DNA of 64,000 bases from Camelus ferus (GCF_009834535.1 NC_045696.1:93126001-93190000); one strand, 5' to 3'; positions 1 to 13,164 are shown, counted from the stretch's first letter. Notes: generated by a model not told the origin, from the letters alone. Numbers and translations: made by a program.

Positions 1-240
1 AAGGGGGAGTAGGGATCAATTAGGAGTTTGGGATTAACAGATTCACACTATTATATATAAAATAAGCAACAAGGATCTACTGTATAGCACAGAGAACTAT
101 ATTCAATATCTTGTAATAACCTATAATGAAAAAGAACCTGAAAAAGAAAATATTATATGTATAACTGAATCACTTTGCTATACACGTGAAACTAAAATTG
201 TAAATCAACTATACTTCAATTAAAAAATAAATACAAAAAT
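1..240 (+). mobile_element. L1 3' UTR and A-rich tail (runs off the window start)
   Basis: Typical cetartiodactyl L1 3' end (ggagtttgggattaacag...ctgtatagcacagagaactatattcaatatcttgtaataacc...caactatacttcaattaaaaaa), similar to 22490-22750. Confidence 0.9.
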
Positions 241-620
241 ACACTTTCTTTTTGATGAAACCTTTTAGGATTTAGTATGTTAACAACTTTCATATGTAAC
301 ATACAGCAGTGTTATTTATATTTTTCATGTTGTACATTATATCCCTAGTACTTATTTATCTTTTTTTAAAAATTAAAGTTGATTTACAATGTTATGTTAG
401 TTTCTGGTGTGCAGAAAAGTTATTCAGTTATATATATGCATGTATTTTTATATTCTTTATTATAGGTTACTATAAGATATTGAAGGTACTTATTTATCTC
501 ATAGTTGGAAGTTTGTACCTTTTGATTGCCTTCATCCAATTCCCCACTCCACCTCTGGAAACCACAAATCGGATCCCTTTTTCTAGGAGTTTGTTTATTT
601 TTGAAGTATAATTGATATAG
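241..620 (-). mobile_element. Older L1 (L1MA-like) 3' fragment, split by a younger insertion
   Basis: Reverse-strand L1 3' UTR motif tgttgtacattatatccctagtacttatttatct...gaagtttgtacc resumes after 485. Confidence 0.7.
362..485 (-). mobile_element. Very short 5'-truncated L1 insertion with 14-bp TSD
   Basis: Poly-T, then the reverse complement of the L1 terminus, flanked by gtacttatttatct at 348-361 and 486-499. Confidence 0.85.
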
Positions 621-839
621 CCTCTCTTTTATTATTTTCTTTCAAACAAGATCATTTATATATGTTTTAAAACTAATATGTTTATGTTCTAATGACAGTG
701 AAATTCTCTATATCCTGGTATTTTCAAAGATAAAAGGTAGATAAAAATTCTAAAAGTTTACCTAAGAAATTGGCCAGTTGTAGAACTCAGCTCTGAACTG
801 TTCATTTCTGAAGTCGAGACTGCCTGCAGGGCCGGGGAG

Positions 840-1100
840 AGGGCAAGAGCAAAGCTGGTCATGGGGGACTGATGATTGGAAACAAATGCCCTATCTGAAG
901 TAGGAACTTGCTACTCTCAGCTGGAACTGATTTTTGGTGTATAAGAGCTTAATCCAATGTTACCAGAACTTCCAATTTTTTTTACGAGAAGCTGAAAGTA
1001 TTTTTTTTAATGTGAAATCTTTGTATTTAAAATGCAGTCTATTAATCTTCTAAAAAAATGGTATTTGGGTCAGACACAATGCTCTGTTGCTATATCCTCA
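840..1100 (-). mobile_element. hAT-Charlie MER102-like DNA transposon remnant
   Basis: tgttaccagaacttccaattttttt acgagaagctgaaag...tgtgaaatct resembles the reverse MER102 core. Confidence 0.55.
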
Positions 1101-1419
1101 GAGCTGGCGCTTAATCACCCCTTTCTCTGGTGGCTACAGGGGTGATGGGTACAGGATGGGGCCTTTCTCTGAACCATTGGTCCATGAGACAAAGACTCCC
1201 GAAACATCTTTTTCTGGGTTATTGTCTAGATGCCCACTAGCAGTTGGCAGTTGCCCAGAAGATCTGGCTGTGTGGCATCCCTCGTAAAGAGTAAGCTCAT
1301 GTAGTTTAAAATCTTCAGTAAACCTTCATATGGGTACTGGAAAGGTGACCAGCTATTCCAGTTTGGATATGTATGGAATGGGAGAAGATGTTTGCAGACC
1401 AGATATCAAAAATACATAG

Positions 1420-2465
1420 GGGACATTTATAACTCTAGCAAAAAACCAAATAAGCCAATTAAAAATGGGCAAAGAAACTGAATAGATATTTCTCCAAAGA
1501 AAATATACAAATGCCTAAAAAGAATATGAAAAGTGCTCCACATCATTAATCATCAGGGAAATAAAAATCAAAACCACAATGAGATATCACCTCACATCTG
1601 TTAGGATGGATATTATATATATATTTTAAAAAGATATGTGTTGACAAGGATGTAGACAAAAGGAAACCCTTGTACACTACTGGTGGGAATGTAAACTAGC
1701 AGCAATTATGGAAAATGGTATAGCACTCTCTCAAAAAATTAGACATAGAATTACCATATGATTCAGCAGTCTCACTTGTGGGTGTATATCCAAAGGATTG
1801 AAATCTCTATCTCTAAGAGACATGTGCACTCTCAGGTTCACTGCAGCATTATTCACAATAGCCAAGACATGAAAGCAACCTAAATATCTATGGACAGATG
1901 AGCAGATAAAGAAGATGTGGTGTATATCGCTACAATGGAATATTATTCAGTCTGGAAAAAGAAGGAAATCCTGCTACTGTGACAACATGGGTGAACTGGA
2001 GGACAAGAGGCTGGGTGAAGTAAGTCAGACAGAAGGATAAAAACTGTATGACAACACATTTGAGGAACCTAAATAGAGAAACTCATAGAAGTAGAGAGTA
2101 GAATGGTATTTGCCAGGGGCTGGAAGAAGGGGGAAACAGGGAGGTAATAATTAGTCAAAGGGTACAAAGCTACAGTCATGCAAGGTGAGTAAGTCCTAGA
2201 GATCTGCTGTACAGCGTACTTCCTATAGTAAACAATGCTGAATTGTACACTTAAACTTTTTCTCAGAGGGTAGATCTTACGTTAAATGTTCTTATCATAT
2301 AAAACAATAATAATAAAGAGTAAAGGAGGTTGTGGATATTGTTTATGGTATAGATTATGGTGAAGGTTTTATAAATGTATACTTAAAACTAGGCTTGTGA
2401 AGTTGTACGTAAATATATATGGCCTTTGTATGTCAATCATCCCTCAATAGAGTGGTTTAAAAATT
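1420..2465 (+). mobile_element. L1 3' fragment (end of ORF2 plus 3' UTR, older L1MA/MB-like)
   Basis: aaaatgggcaaag, aaaaccacaatgagatatcacctcac, atagccaagacatg, then a 3' UTR ending cctcaatagagtggtttaaaa. Confidence 0.9.
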
Positions 2466-2757
2466 GAGTTATTGTAATTATTAGTAGTAAACAACTGATC
2501 AAAATTATATTATTAGCTTGAATTATGTGAAGGTGTAATGTTCACCTATTTTGACTTACAAAAATGGTAATTTCATAAAGTATTGTATCATGAATTTTAA
2601 AGATAATTATTAAAACCTAAACAATAAACTTTCATTTAAAAGCAAAAAAACACATATATACATGGACTTGAAAGAATTTATATGAAAGCTTCCAGGAATT
2701 CTGATACCATATTGAAGATTATTTCACACTCTAGGGATCTGAATGTGCCAGGTTAAA

Positions 2758-2890
2758 TTCAATTTAACAACAACAATTTATTGTACTTCTACTGTGCCAA
2801 ATACTGTTCTAGGTGCTTGGGATAGATTAATGGATAAAAAAGACAGATTCCTGCTCTCAGAAGGGCAGTTTACATTCTAATGTGGAGAAA
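2758..2890 (-). mobile_element. L2 3' end
   Basis: aacaatttattg..ctactgtgccaaatactgttctaggtgcttgggatag matches the reverse L2 tail. Confidence 0.7.
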
Positions 2891-2922
2891 TACACTGGAT
2901 TTCATCAATTTGTGTGTGTGTT

Positions 2923-3034
2923 GGGGGGATAATTATAATTTATTTATTTAAAAATTTTAATGGACATACTGGAGATAGAACTCAGGACCTCATGCATGCT
3001 AAGCATGCACTTGACCACTGATTTATACCCTCCC
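2923..3034 (-). mobile_element. tRNA-derived SINE, camelid vic-1 type
   Basis: Reverse complement reads gggagggtataaatcagtggtcaagtgcatgcttagcatgcatgaggtcctgagttc; homologous to copies at 38622 and 60362. Confidence 0.85.
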
Positions 3035-3044
3035 TCCAGTTTTT

Positions 3045-4700
3045 TTGCTTTTGTTTTGTGCTAGTGTCCTTTTTCTGCTCCAGTATCCAGTTCAGAATAC
3101 CACCTTGAACCCAGTTCAAATCTTTTTAGTCTCCCCGTGGTCTGTGGCAGTTTCTCGGTTTTGCCTTGTCTTTCATGACATTGCCCCTTTGAGGCGTACT
3201 GGTCAGGTATTTTGTAAACTCTCTCAACTTGAGTTTGATATTTTATCATGATTGTACTAAGATTATAGATTAGGGGCATAAATACCATAAAGATGATGGG
3301 CCTTTCTTATCACATCCTACCAGGGGATACGTGATACCAATGTGACGTACCGCCAGTGATGCAACCGTCATCACTTGTTTGAAGAAGTGTCTTCTAGGTT
3401 GCTCTATAAAGTCACTATTTCCCTCTTTCCATACACTGTTCCTTAGAAGTGAGTCACTAAGTCCAGCCCACACTCACAGGATAGGGAACTAAGCTTTACC
3501 TCCTAGAGGGAGGAATATCAAAGAATTTGTGGACCTCGATAAAATCACTATAGTAATTAATAAACATTTCGGGGGAGATACTTTGAAGCTATGCAGATAT
3601 CTTGTTTCTCTTTATTAATGTGGTGTATCCTGTCTGTAGAAGTTACTGCTATGGTGTTCCAACAGTGATTTTTTTAATCACTCATTTCTTCTACATTTAT
3701 TGACATTTTTTGGTAAGGAAGATTTGTGTTTACTCACCAGTGTATTTATGTACTTTATTATTTATTTGTATCAGTATAAATTCATGGATTATTTTCCCCT
3801 TTGAGTTATAATCCAATACTGTTATTTTGTTGCTCAAATTGTTCCAGATTTGGCCATTAGAAACTCTTTCAGCCTTGCTCCTATGCCTTTTGAAATGGCC
3901 CATGTTTAGAGCACTCCTTTATTCTCTGGTGCTATAAAATGCTCCAGACTCTCTTGCATTTTCCCTGCTCCAGCCCTAGAATCAACCATTTTCCCCAGAA
4001 GCCCTGGTACCTTGTGTTGGTAAGTAATATTTAGAAACCAGGATCTGGGCACTGGGTGGACTCGTTACTACTGGGATGTCACTGCTTCTAGACCCTCTCA
4101 GCAGACAGAGCTAGGAAACAGATGTGTATTACCAACACAAGTGTATTAGTTTCCCATGCTGCTGTCACAAACTACCACAAACTTAGTGACAGCACCAGTT
4201 CCTCACCTGACAGCTTTGGCAGTCAAAAGGTTGAAATGGATTTTAGTGGGTTAAAATCAAGATGTTGGCAGGGTCTTGTTGTTTCTGGAGGCTCTAGGAG
4301 GGGATTTGTTTCCCTGCCTTTTCCAGCTTCACGTGGCTTCCTGCATTCTTTGGCTCATGGACCTTTCTTTCATCTTCAGTGTCACAGCATCTTCAAATCC
4401 ACATTGCATCACTTTGACACTCTGCTTTTGTTGTCACATCTCCTCTGGCTCATAAGGATTGTTACGATTACATTGGATCTACCCAGATAATCAATATTAA
4501 TTACTCCATCTCAAGGTTCTAAAGTTAATCACAGCTTCAAAGTACCTTTTACCAGGTAAGATGGCATATATGCAGATTCCAAGGATTATAATATAGATAG
4601 ATATCTTTGTGGAAGAGGCATTCTTCTATACATAGACACACACTACATTTATGTATCTACCTGTCTGTATATATGCTAAAATAAACATGAGCTCATACTG
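3045..4700 (-). mobile_element. Ancient L1MC-like 3' UTR, interrupted by an MLT1 LTR
   Basis: ttgtctttcatgacattg...tactggtcaggtattttgta and ctccagccctagaatcaaccatttt motifs of reverse L1MC 3' UTR. Confidence 0.7.
4142..4632 (-). mobile_element. MaLR MLT1 solo LTR
   Basis: Starts tgtattagtttcccatgctgctgtcacaaactaccacaaacttagtg, contains tctggaggctctagg, ends in ca. Confidence 0.85.
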
Positions 4701-4704
4701 TTAT

Positions 4705-4934
4705 CTGGGATGTATTTTGATGATAAAACTAACTTGATTTCCAATTAGATTGGATGTAAGATGTGAAAGAAAAGAGTCCAGGAAGACTTAAGGTTTTGAC
4801 CTGAGCAATTGAAAGAACAAAGTTGCTATCAACTAAGAAGGGGAAAGCTATGCGCAGAATAGATTTTGCAGGAAAGACCAGGAGTTTAGTTTTGGGAAGG
4901 GGGAGTTTTAGATATTATTAGAAATACAAGTGGA
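4705..4934 (-). mobile_element. L2 internal fragment (continues at 6407-6625)
   Basis: gattggatgt...aaggttttgacctgagcaa...ggagtttagttttgg is typical reverse L2. Confidence 0.75.
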
Positions 4935-6406
4935 TGTATTGGCACAAACACAGACACATAGATCAATGGAACAGAATAGAGAGCTCAGAAATAAACCTAC
5001 ACACCTACAGTCAATTAATCTATGCCAAAGGAGGCAAGAATGTACAGTGGAGAAAAGACGGTCTCTTCAACAAGTGGTGCTGGGGAAGCAGGACAGCAGC
5101 TTGTAAAACAACGACATTAGAGCACTGCCTCATACCATGTACAAAAATAAACTCAAAATGGTTTGAAGACCTAAATGTAAAACATGACACCACAAAAGTC
5201 CAAAAAGAGAATATAGGAAAAACACTCTTTGAATAAATCATAGCAGTGTCTTCTTAGATTAGTGGCCTGAGGCAAAAAAAAAAAAAAAAAAAAAAGCAAA
5301 AACAAACAAATGTGGCCTAATCAAACTTAAAAGTTTTACACAGCAATGGAAACCATGAACAAAATGAAAAGACAACCTACAGAATGGGACAAAGTATTTG
5401 CAAATGATGTAACTGATGAGAGGTTAATATCCAAAATATACAAACAGCTCATACAACTCAATATCAGAAAAAAATACAACCCAATCAAAAAATGGAGAAA
5501 AGACCTGAATACATATTGGAAAAAAAAAAAACACAGATGGCTAACAGCACATGAAAAGATGCTCAACATCACTAATTATGAGAGAAATGCAAATCAAAAT
5601 CACAACGAGTATCACCTCACACTGGTCAGAATGGCCACTATCACAAAGTCTACAAATAATAGATGCTAGAGAGGATGTGGAGAAGAGGGAACCCTCCTAC
5701 GCTATTGATGGGAATATAAATTGGTGCAGCCACTACGGAAAACAGTATGGAGTTTCCTTAAAAAACTAAAAATAGAACTACTGTATGATCCAGCAATCTC
5801 ACTCCTGGGTATACATCCTGCAAACACAAAAACTCTAATTGGAAAAGGTACATGTACCCCCAATATTCATAGCAGCATTATTTACAACAGCCAAGACATG
5901 AAAGCAACCCAAGTGCCCATCAATAGACAATTGGCTTAGGAAGATGTGTTAGATACACACACACACACATATACATACACAATATTCCTTATACATATAA
6001 GCACAATGGAATATTACTCAGCCATAAAAAGAATGAAATATTGCCACATGCAGCAACGTGGATGGACCTAAAGAACATTCTGCTTAGTGAAATAAGTCAG
6101 ACAGAGAAAAACAAATACTATATGGTGTCACCTATATATGGAATGTATATACAAAACAGAAAAACTCACAGACATAGAAACACTCCAAAAGGGAGTGAGG
6201 GGAGGGACAAATTAGGGGTATGGGATTAACAGGTATAAACAACTATACATAAAATGGACAAACAACAAGTATTTACTGTATAGCACAGGGAAATATACCC
6301 AATATCTTCTAATAACCTGTAATAGAATATAATCTGCAAAAAAATCCCAAATCACTATGCTGTACACCTGAAAGAAAGTATTGTAAGTCAACTATAATAA
6401 TAATAA
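4935..6406 (+). mobile_element. 5'-truncated L1 (end of ORF2 plus 3' UTR) with 15-bp TSD
   Basis: ORF track gives L1 ORF2 peptide [22 protein letters not shown]; flanked by agaaatacaagtgga at 4920-4934 and 6407-6421. Confidence 0.95.
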
Positions 6407-6625
6407 AGAAATACAAGTGGAGATGTTGACTAGGAATTTGGGTATAAGAGTTTGGGATTTTGGAGGGACGTCTAAGCTGGAGATACAAATTTTGGAGCTC
6501 TCAGTGTATAGATAGCATTTACTGCATGGATGAAACCACCAAAGCAGTGAGTGTACATAGAGTCCCAAGGACTGAGCCCCGGCATGTTCCAACATTAAGA
6601 GATTGTAGAAGAGAGGAAAATGAAG
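6407..6625 (-). mobile_element. L2 fragment resuming after the L1 insertion
   Basis: gctggagatacaaatttggag...ccaaggactgagccc is colinear with 4705-4934. Confidence 0.75.
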
Positions 6626-7736
6626 GAAAGCGTTAGTTAAAAATGGTAGATTTTAGCTGCCTTAGTAATAGGGTAAAAGAATAGCTCTGACTTGGAAAGA
6701 TCGTTTTATGATGCACGTGTAATTTTTACATGGATACTAAATACCAACAGGAAGAATACTGAGAATTAAAAAATATAGAGATGTCATCTTAAAATTATTA
6801 CATTAAATGAACTATATCCTCCAGTCTCAATAGAAATTAGTACTTCTATAACTGCCTCTTCTAGAGAAAAACTGACTGAAAATATCACCAGACTTGTATT
6901 CATTACTTACCCAGGTTGCTAAACTCTGGTTCTAGTGAGATTAGTCTAATCCATAAGTACCAAAAAGCATGAGTTATTGTAGAAGGACTCGACCTGACCT
7001 TAGTATCACACACCATCTTGCTGTTTTGTTTAGACTTTTTGGCTTGCAAGCAGTCCTAGAAGAACTAAAATACAAGGCAGCCAGTTCCTCAATTTACTAG
7101 ACCTACAAAATAGTCAAGGTTGATTTCAACTATTCTATGAGGCACGTAGAGAGAAACCACTCCACAAAGACAATTACTTCAAGTTCTGTAAACTCTTTGA
7201 AATTCAGAACATTTCCTAGGGAACGGGAGAGATACTAGCCCTTATTAACAATCTTATTATCCTCCAATTCTCACAGAGCCAATTATGTATATGGAAATAT
7301 ACACAAAAGCATATTAAGGACAAGATTACAACCAATAATCTGTTCCACCTCAGTCGAAAAATATCCTTTCAAGGGTGAAGATGAGCAAAGTCAAAAGAAT
7401 TGCTGGTTACAAATGAGTCGTAACATTGATTATTTGATTGGAGATGTAAATGTAACTTCCTCTTAAATTATCCCATGGTTTGCAATTTAGCAGTATTAGA
7501 CTACGATAATCACGAGTTTATCCAGGTACTTTTCTATTTAATTTAGCAACTCTCTCAGGAGAAGTGGTTCACAGGGAATCAACACGAATACAGATGGTTT
7601 ACAGATGAAGATTGGGCAGAATCTTGACTAGACTGGCATTTAAGTCTCCTAACACCACTACGTCAGATAATGGTGCTGGGTACATTTTAAGCCCAAGGGG
7701 ATGTCAGATACCTTCCAGGCATTTATTTGTGAGGAT

Positions 7737-7738
<2 letters not shown>

Positions 7739-7822
<84 letters not shown>
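7739..7822. repeat. Compound microsatellite (TG)26(AG)16
   Basis: Direct count. Confidence 0.98.
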
Positions 7823-7828
<6 letters not shown>

Positions 7829-8864
7829 GCTCATCTCAAGGGAACTCAGATGACTTACTCATACTGGCTGGTGTATGCATGACTCTATTAGAAATTATTC
7901 TGCCATGAGGGATGAAACGAAGTGTCAGTGCATCTAACAGAAGGTTCTGCCACATTTGGGAGAAGTCCATGCTGCCTCTCAAGGTCTATTTTTCTTCAGC
8001 CAGAAGATTCTACAAACACTCAAGAATATAAGAATTTCCACATCATCTAACAGCCTAACCCATTCCACAAAGGTGAATGACAAGGCCACAGGAACTGCTG
8101 AGTAGCTCTTAAAACAGAATGAAGCTTTCCTAACTCTGTAAGACATTAAGCTGCATCTCCCTTTTTGTTTGACTTAGAGACAAGGATATGGCTCAAGCTA
8201 GATGTCCTGTTAACATGCAGTAAAGGTCTGCATACGTTGCTCTGTTGTGTGGGATACTCACTTTGTTTTATGCCCCGAAATGTCTAAAAGTAAATTCAGA
8301 AAACAGTTCCCTTCAAATCAGTTGGTATAAGTGTCATGCTATGGCTATCTGCCTTTCAAAAAAGTGGGCCAATGCTGTATTAGTGGGCAAAGGTATAAAA
8401 ATACAGAGGCCACCATTGGTTCTGGCCACACAGAACTGTGTAGATGTCACCCTGGAATTTCACTGGTATTTTAGTGACCTGGTTGAGTAAGAAACTGTGT
8501 GGGGTTTAAGAACCTATTTTTATGTGTTGCCCATATTTCTAGTTTGAATTAAGTAGGTTAAAAAAATGAACCAGCATACCAAATAGAATAATTATGGACA
8601 CAAATGGGGTTTTCATGCAGAACTTTCATGATTCAGTTTCATGGGCTCTGAATAATTGTTGCAGGGCAAAAAGGGCTTCATGGTTACGGGCGTTTAGAAG
8701 AGCTGAGTTTAGTAAAGCTGATTTCTTTCCTGGAAGATTACTCAGAATTTTTTATATGGTAATGCACATTTTGAATCTCTAATGATTATATGTGAACACG
8801 TAAGTGTGTATATATCTATAGGTAGAGATAGATTTTTAGTAGCATCTGGATAAAACCGTGTACC

Positions 8865-9012
8865 CCAGGTTTGGCACCCAGTTGAGAGTCCTTAGCTGGC
8901 TGTGTGATCTTATCTGAGTCACTTAGCCTTTCTTGACCTTATTTTCTCCCCCTGTAAATTTAAGAGACTGAATTACATGACCTTTCAGGTCTTTTGCAGC
9001 TCGAAGATCTAA
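8865..9012 (+). mobile_element. MIR SINE
   Basis: tagctggctgtgtgatcttatctgagtcacttagcc...attttctcccctgtaaa resembles the MIR core. Confidence 0.65.
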
Positions 9013-12000
9013 GTCTCTCTTTTGTGAAAGGACATCATTAACCTTGTAGACATCAGCCACAAAATGTGCCCTAAATACCACCTGCTTTTCCTACTGATAC
9101 ATTATGGATCTGCAAAAGATGAATTTATCTAAACCCTTGTTTTAGCTGTGGATCAGCATTTTAAAATAACAAATGCCTACTGAGTTCACCTCTTCCACCA
9201 CTTGGCTTAAAATAATTCATGTCCTTTAACTGGTATTCCCTAGTTCTTGCTTCCAGGATTTGGGGTAAGTCCAGTGTCAAGAAGTCCACTCTGTTTCAGG
9301 CTACCACACAAAGCAGCTGTCTTCTGAATTCAGATACCTAAAGCCCCTGGGCCTTTCGTTAGTCATCTTGAAATCAGTTCTCCTTGGCTCCCTAAATCAC
9401 TCAGTGTCACACCCAGTGACATTGCCCAAAATAGATTAGAATCCTTGCTAAGTCTCTCCAAGTGGTTTGCTTTTGCAGAAATCTGGTTCTAGGTCACAGA
9501 CTGAACAAGGGTCATCCCTTTGGGGTCCAAGGATGAAATAGCATCTGGATCCATGGAGGCAAAGGATGTGGTCCTCTCAGTGAGGGCCAGGATCTCAATG
9601 GCTCGTATTACAACATGGGGGCCCCTGTTTGGATGCCATAGCATCACTTTCTAGGGTGATGTTTTATTGTCATTCTAGTGGCACAACTCACAACATGGCA
9701 TTCTTTTTACACATTTTGGCCTTTTGCTTAACCATGTCCTGGGACATTAAGTATCTTTGAGGCACTCTTCCTTTTTTATAGTTTATGGAAATAATCAATC
9801 AAGATGAAATTGGTGGGTATTTTCTTGCCAATGTCAACTGAAATGGATGAACTGTTTTAGCTGAAATGAAAGTTATCCACAAAACATACTGTTTTAGCTT
9901 ATTTACAGAAATTGCCTCAAAAATAAAGTTCACAAGAATCTCACATCAAGAACCTCAACTTTTTTTTTAAGAAAAAAATAGGCAAGAGTTGAAAACGATT
10001 CTTCATCATACTGCATATCTGGTGAAACTTAACATTTTTAAGAAAAAATAGTGTGAATAAACAATGGTATTGATTCTCCTCTTTTGGAAAAACATGTAGG
10101 TATTTATGATTTGGAAAGAACCTGTTTGTGGTAGACCAAGGAGCATGGATGTTTAGCAGATGTCTGTGACATTGCTCCAAACATTCTGCTTCCTAAGTGG
10201 GAGCCAAGAATATGGTCTTGTTTATGACTTCTGGTTCCTTCTTTTCAATATTCACCCCCACTCACCTCCGTTCCCAAGGCAAACAACAATGCAGATAATC
10301 AAAAGCAAATACTTCTGCTGCTGCTGTTTGTTGAGTCAACTCATGGTAATTAGAAAAGAATTACCACTTGTATTAAATAAAAAGGAAAATTATGTTAATA
10401 ACATGCTTTTCTTCTGCATTGCCCCCACACTGATGAAACTCTCTGGGCCAAGCTGTGGGGTAATCATGACTGTCTGTCCTTCCCAGAATAGCTTACTGTA
10501 TGTTCCCCTTTGTCCCAGAACAGTATCCTCATCTGCTAGCAGGCTGGCGTGCTGTTTCATCAGGCAGGCATGCTTGGCTTCTCATAGGATTGAATGCAGT
10601 AATTCCCTCCCTGGGAGTAATGGCCCCCAAGTGTCTGCTGGCAAAAGGCAACTTGGGGCCTGATCTGGGGGGTGCAGCATTTCTTAGAACCAATCCATTA
10701 TTCTTTGTCCCTATGTCATGCTGAGCTAGAGTTAGTTCTCTTGTTTACTCTTCTCAATATCTCCTCCTTGATGTGTGCACAGAACAGCTACCTGTCTTGG
10801 GCCACCTTCTTCATTTATAAATTGAATAAGATGGCGTAAGGTGGTACAGTGGGCAAGTTGCTAGAGACCACAGAGGCAGGGCTCACTTGTGGCAAAACTG
10901 TGGAATAGGTGAAGGGGGAAAAAGGAGGAGGAAGGGTTCTTCAGTTTCTTTCTAGAATTGCCTCCTGCCCCTTCCTCCAAATCTGAAGGCATAGAGACAG
11001 ACAGACGGACACACACACACACTTTTCTTTCCTTGCTCTCTCATTCTGCCTTTCTGAGGCCTCTCCTGAGTTCCCTTTTTAGCTTCTACTGACAATGAAT
11101 CCTTCCTAAGTTTGTGGGTTTTTTTCTCCATGATACCACTGATGCTAACAAAAAAATATACTCTCTATATTATTTGCATCTTACAGGACTGAAGACCAGA
11201 AGCCTTAAGAACTCCACAGAAGCAGAGGGGAAAAATGTTACAATAGAAGAATTATTAGGGTAGGAGTCAGTGCTTTGCAATAAGAGGCCCAGATTTGATG
11301 AGACTAAGAATTAGTATTAAAAGTAAATCATTGCATGTTGAAGTGACAATCACACAAATTTACAGGAATAAATTTTATCTAGTAATTTTCTGCCAATACT
11401 ACTGGATCTGGAAATAGGAGGCAGATAATGTTACTAGATAATGGCCTAAACAAAAATTTCCATCTCTCCTCTCCTCCAATATTACATAATGTCTAAATGC
11501 TTTTTGCCTTAAAAGCTCCCTATGTTGTACCAGGCAGCCTTCAAAATGAGCATCTTATTTTCCAGGCATTTAGATGAGGGAGCTTTGAAGAGTTCCCAAT
11601 TAGTGGCACTGATAGACGTGTTAGAACTTTTCAGATTTTAACTGTCTTCCAAGACTTAATTATGGCCCATGTCTTTGGCTTGCTAAGTATGCTTGATAAG
11701 TTTTTATGATACATCTGGTGACCAAACTAGCTGGTTTCATTATCCCAAACATGTGACTACAGGTTCCCACAGCAAGAGGAGACCCGGCATTCCCCCGTGA
11801 CATCCCTCTGTCACTGCTGTGTGCTGTTTGAGGGAACAGACAGTGCCTGTGGTCATCACATAATCAGAATTTCTCCCATGGTCACGGTCCAAAGGACACT
11901 GTGCCTCTCTCCACAGAGAGGCTGGAAAGGGTCCAGGGAGACGCAAATGCAAGATCAAGGGATTAGGGTGACTTTCATAGATGATGTGCTAAAAATGAGG

Positions 12001-12614
12001 TCTGGAAAGACCTGGGCGGAGGGGGGTGATCTAAAGGAGCCTGTAGCAGTTGCCTGGTAGAGAAGTTTGTATGTTACATTCATGAATGGAGAATAGGGCA
12101 GCTATTTCCTGAAACCATAAGAAAGTTATTTTAAGATAAGTTAAAGAGGCAGAATGAGACTGCATCTCCACTCTATTTGCTGATGATTCTCTCCACGTTA
12201 TGGTAGCGTCTGAAAAGACGGTGTAGCTGTTCCTTTTAGGAGTTACATCACCTTCAATTAGGAATTAGAGACTATGTGAGCAATTTAAGACTCTGTGGCA
12301 TCAGATCAGAATTTAGACTCTGACATTTAAGACTTTGCACTGATTCCAGATAGAGGTGTTATTTTTCTAACAGAGAAATCATGGCCTTTTGGCAGGCAAA
12401 GCCTGAGCTCATGAGCTGATGAAAATGATCCCAGTGAAAAAAAAAGAAAGAAAAAGATCCTAGTGCATGTTCACTTGCCTTCCCAGGTAACATAAACAGC
12501 TGTTGCAAAATCCCAGACCTTAATCTCTGCCAGCCCACAGGCTGCTGGACCCAGAAAACAAAACCATGATTCACTGTGAAAATTCAGTGCCCATGAAGTA
12601 GATGTGGACGGGGA

Positions 12615-12615
<1 letters not shown>

Positions 12616-12709
<94 letters not shown>
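12616..12709. repeat. Interrupted microsatellite (AC)23-TAG-(CA)22
   Basis: Direct count. Confidence 0.98.
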
Positions 12710-12713
<4 letters not shown>

Positions 12714-13164
12714 CAGGTACTTGGGCTCAGTTACCTAGCTGTCCATGTCCTGGCAAGGAGGCCAGCCCCACCCATTCTTGACACAATCCAGACACTTTGG
12801 GAGCCCCTCTCCTCATTTTCCAACACTGCGGGGAGCAGTCTGTGTCCGACAAGGAGAGCGCATGCTCTACAATAACCTGGTTTAACCTCCTTTCCTTCCC
12901 TCTTTGCCCGATTTTCCTGGGACTCTGGGGAAGATGCATGCTGTGAGTCTGATTCTTCCTTGAGAGTCAGTCAGGCAATCTTGGGGCTCTTTCTGATCCC
13001 CGTGGCTGTGTGGCAGCCTTCAGAATCCTATGACTGATCAGAAAAGTAGGTCCACTTCGGCTCCATAATTTTTTGATTTGGGACTTAGGCAGATAAGGCC
13101 CAATTTCTGGATTTGACTGTTAAGACTATTCTCTTGAAAAAAATTTTTTTTTGTTTATTTTGTA

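Noticed and set aside
10160..10663. 167-aa ORF
   Set aside because: No recognisable protein similarity or exon structure; composition fits a chance frame.
12263..12337. Four degenerate aattt(a)agactctg units resembling a spaced repeat array
   Set aside because: Units are too short and irregularly spaced; this is local slippage in eukaryotic DNA, not CRISPR-like.
12471..12707. Cys-Val repeat ORF
   Set aside because: Translation of the CA microsatellite.
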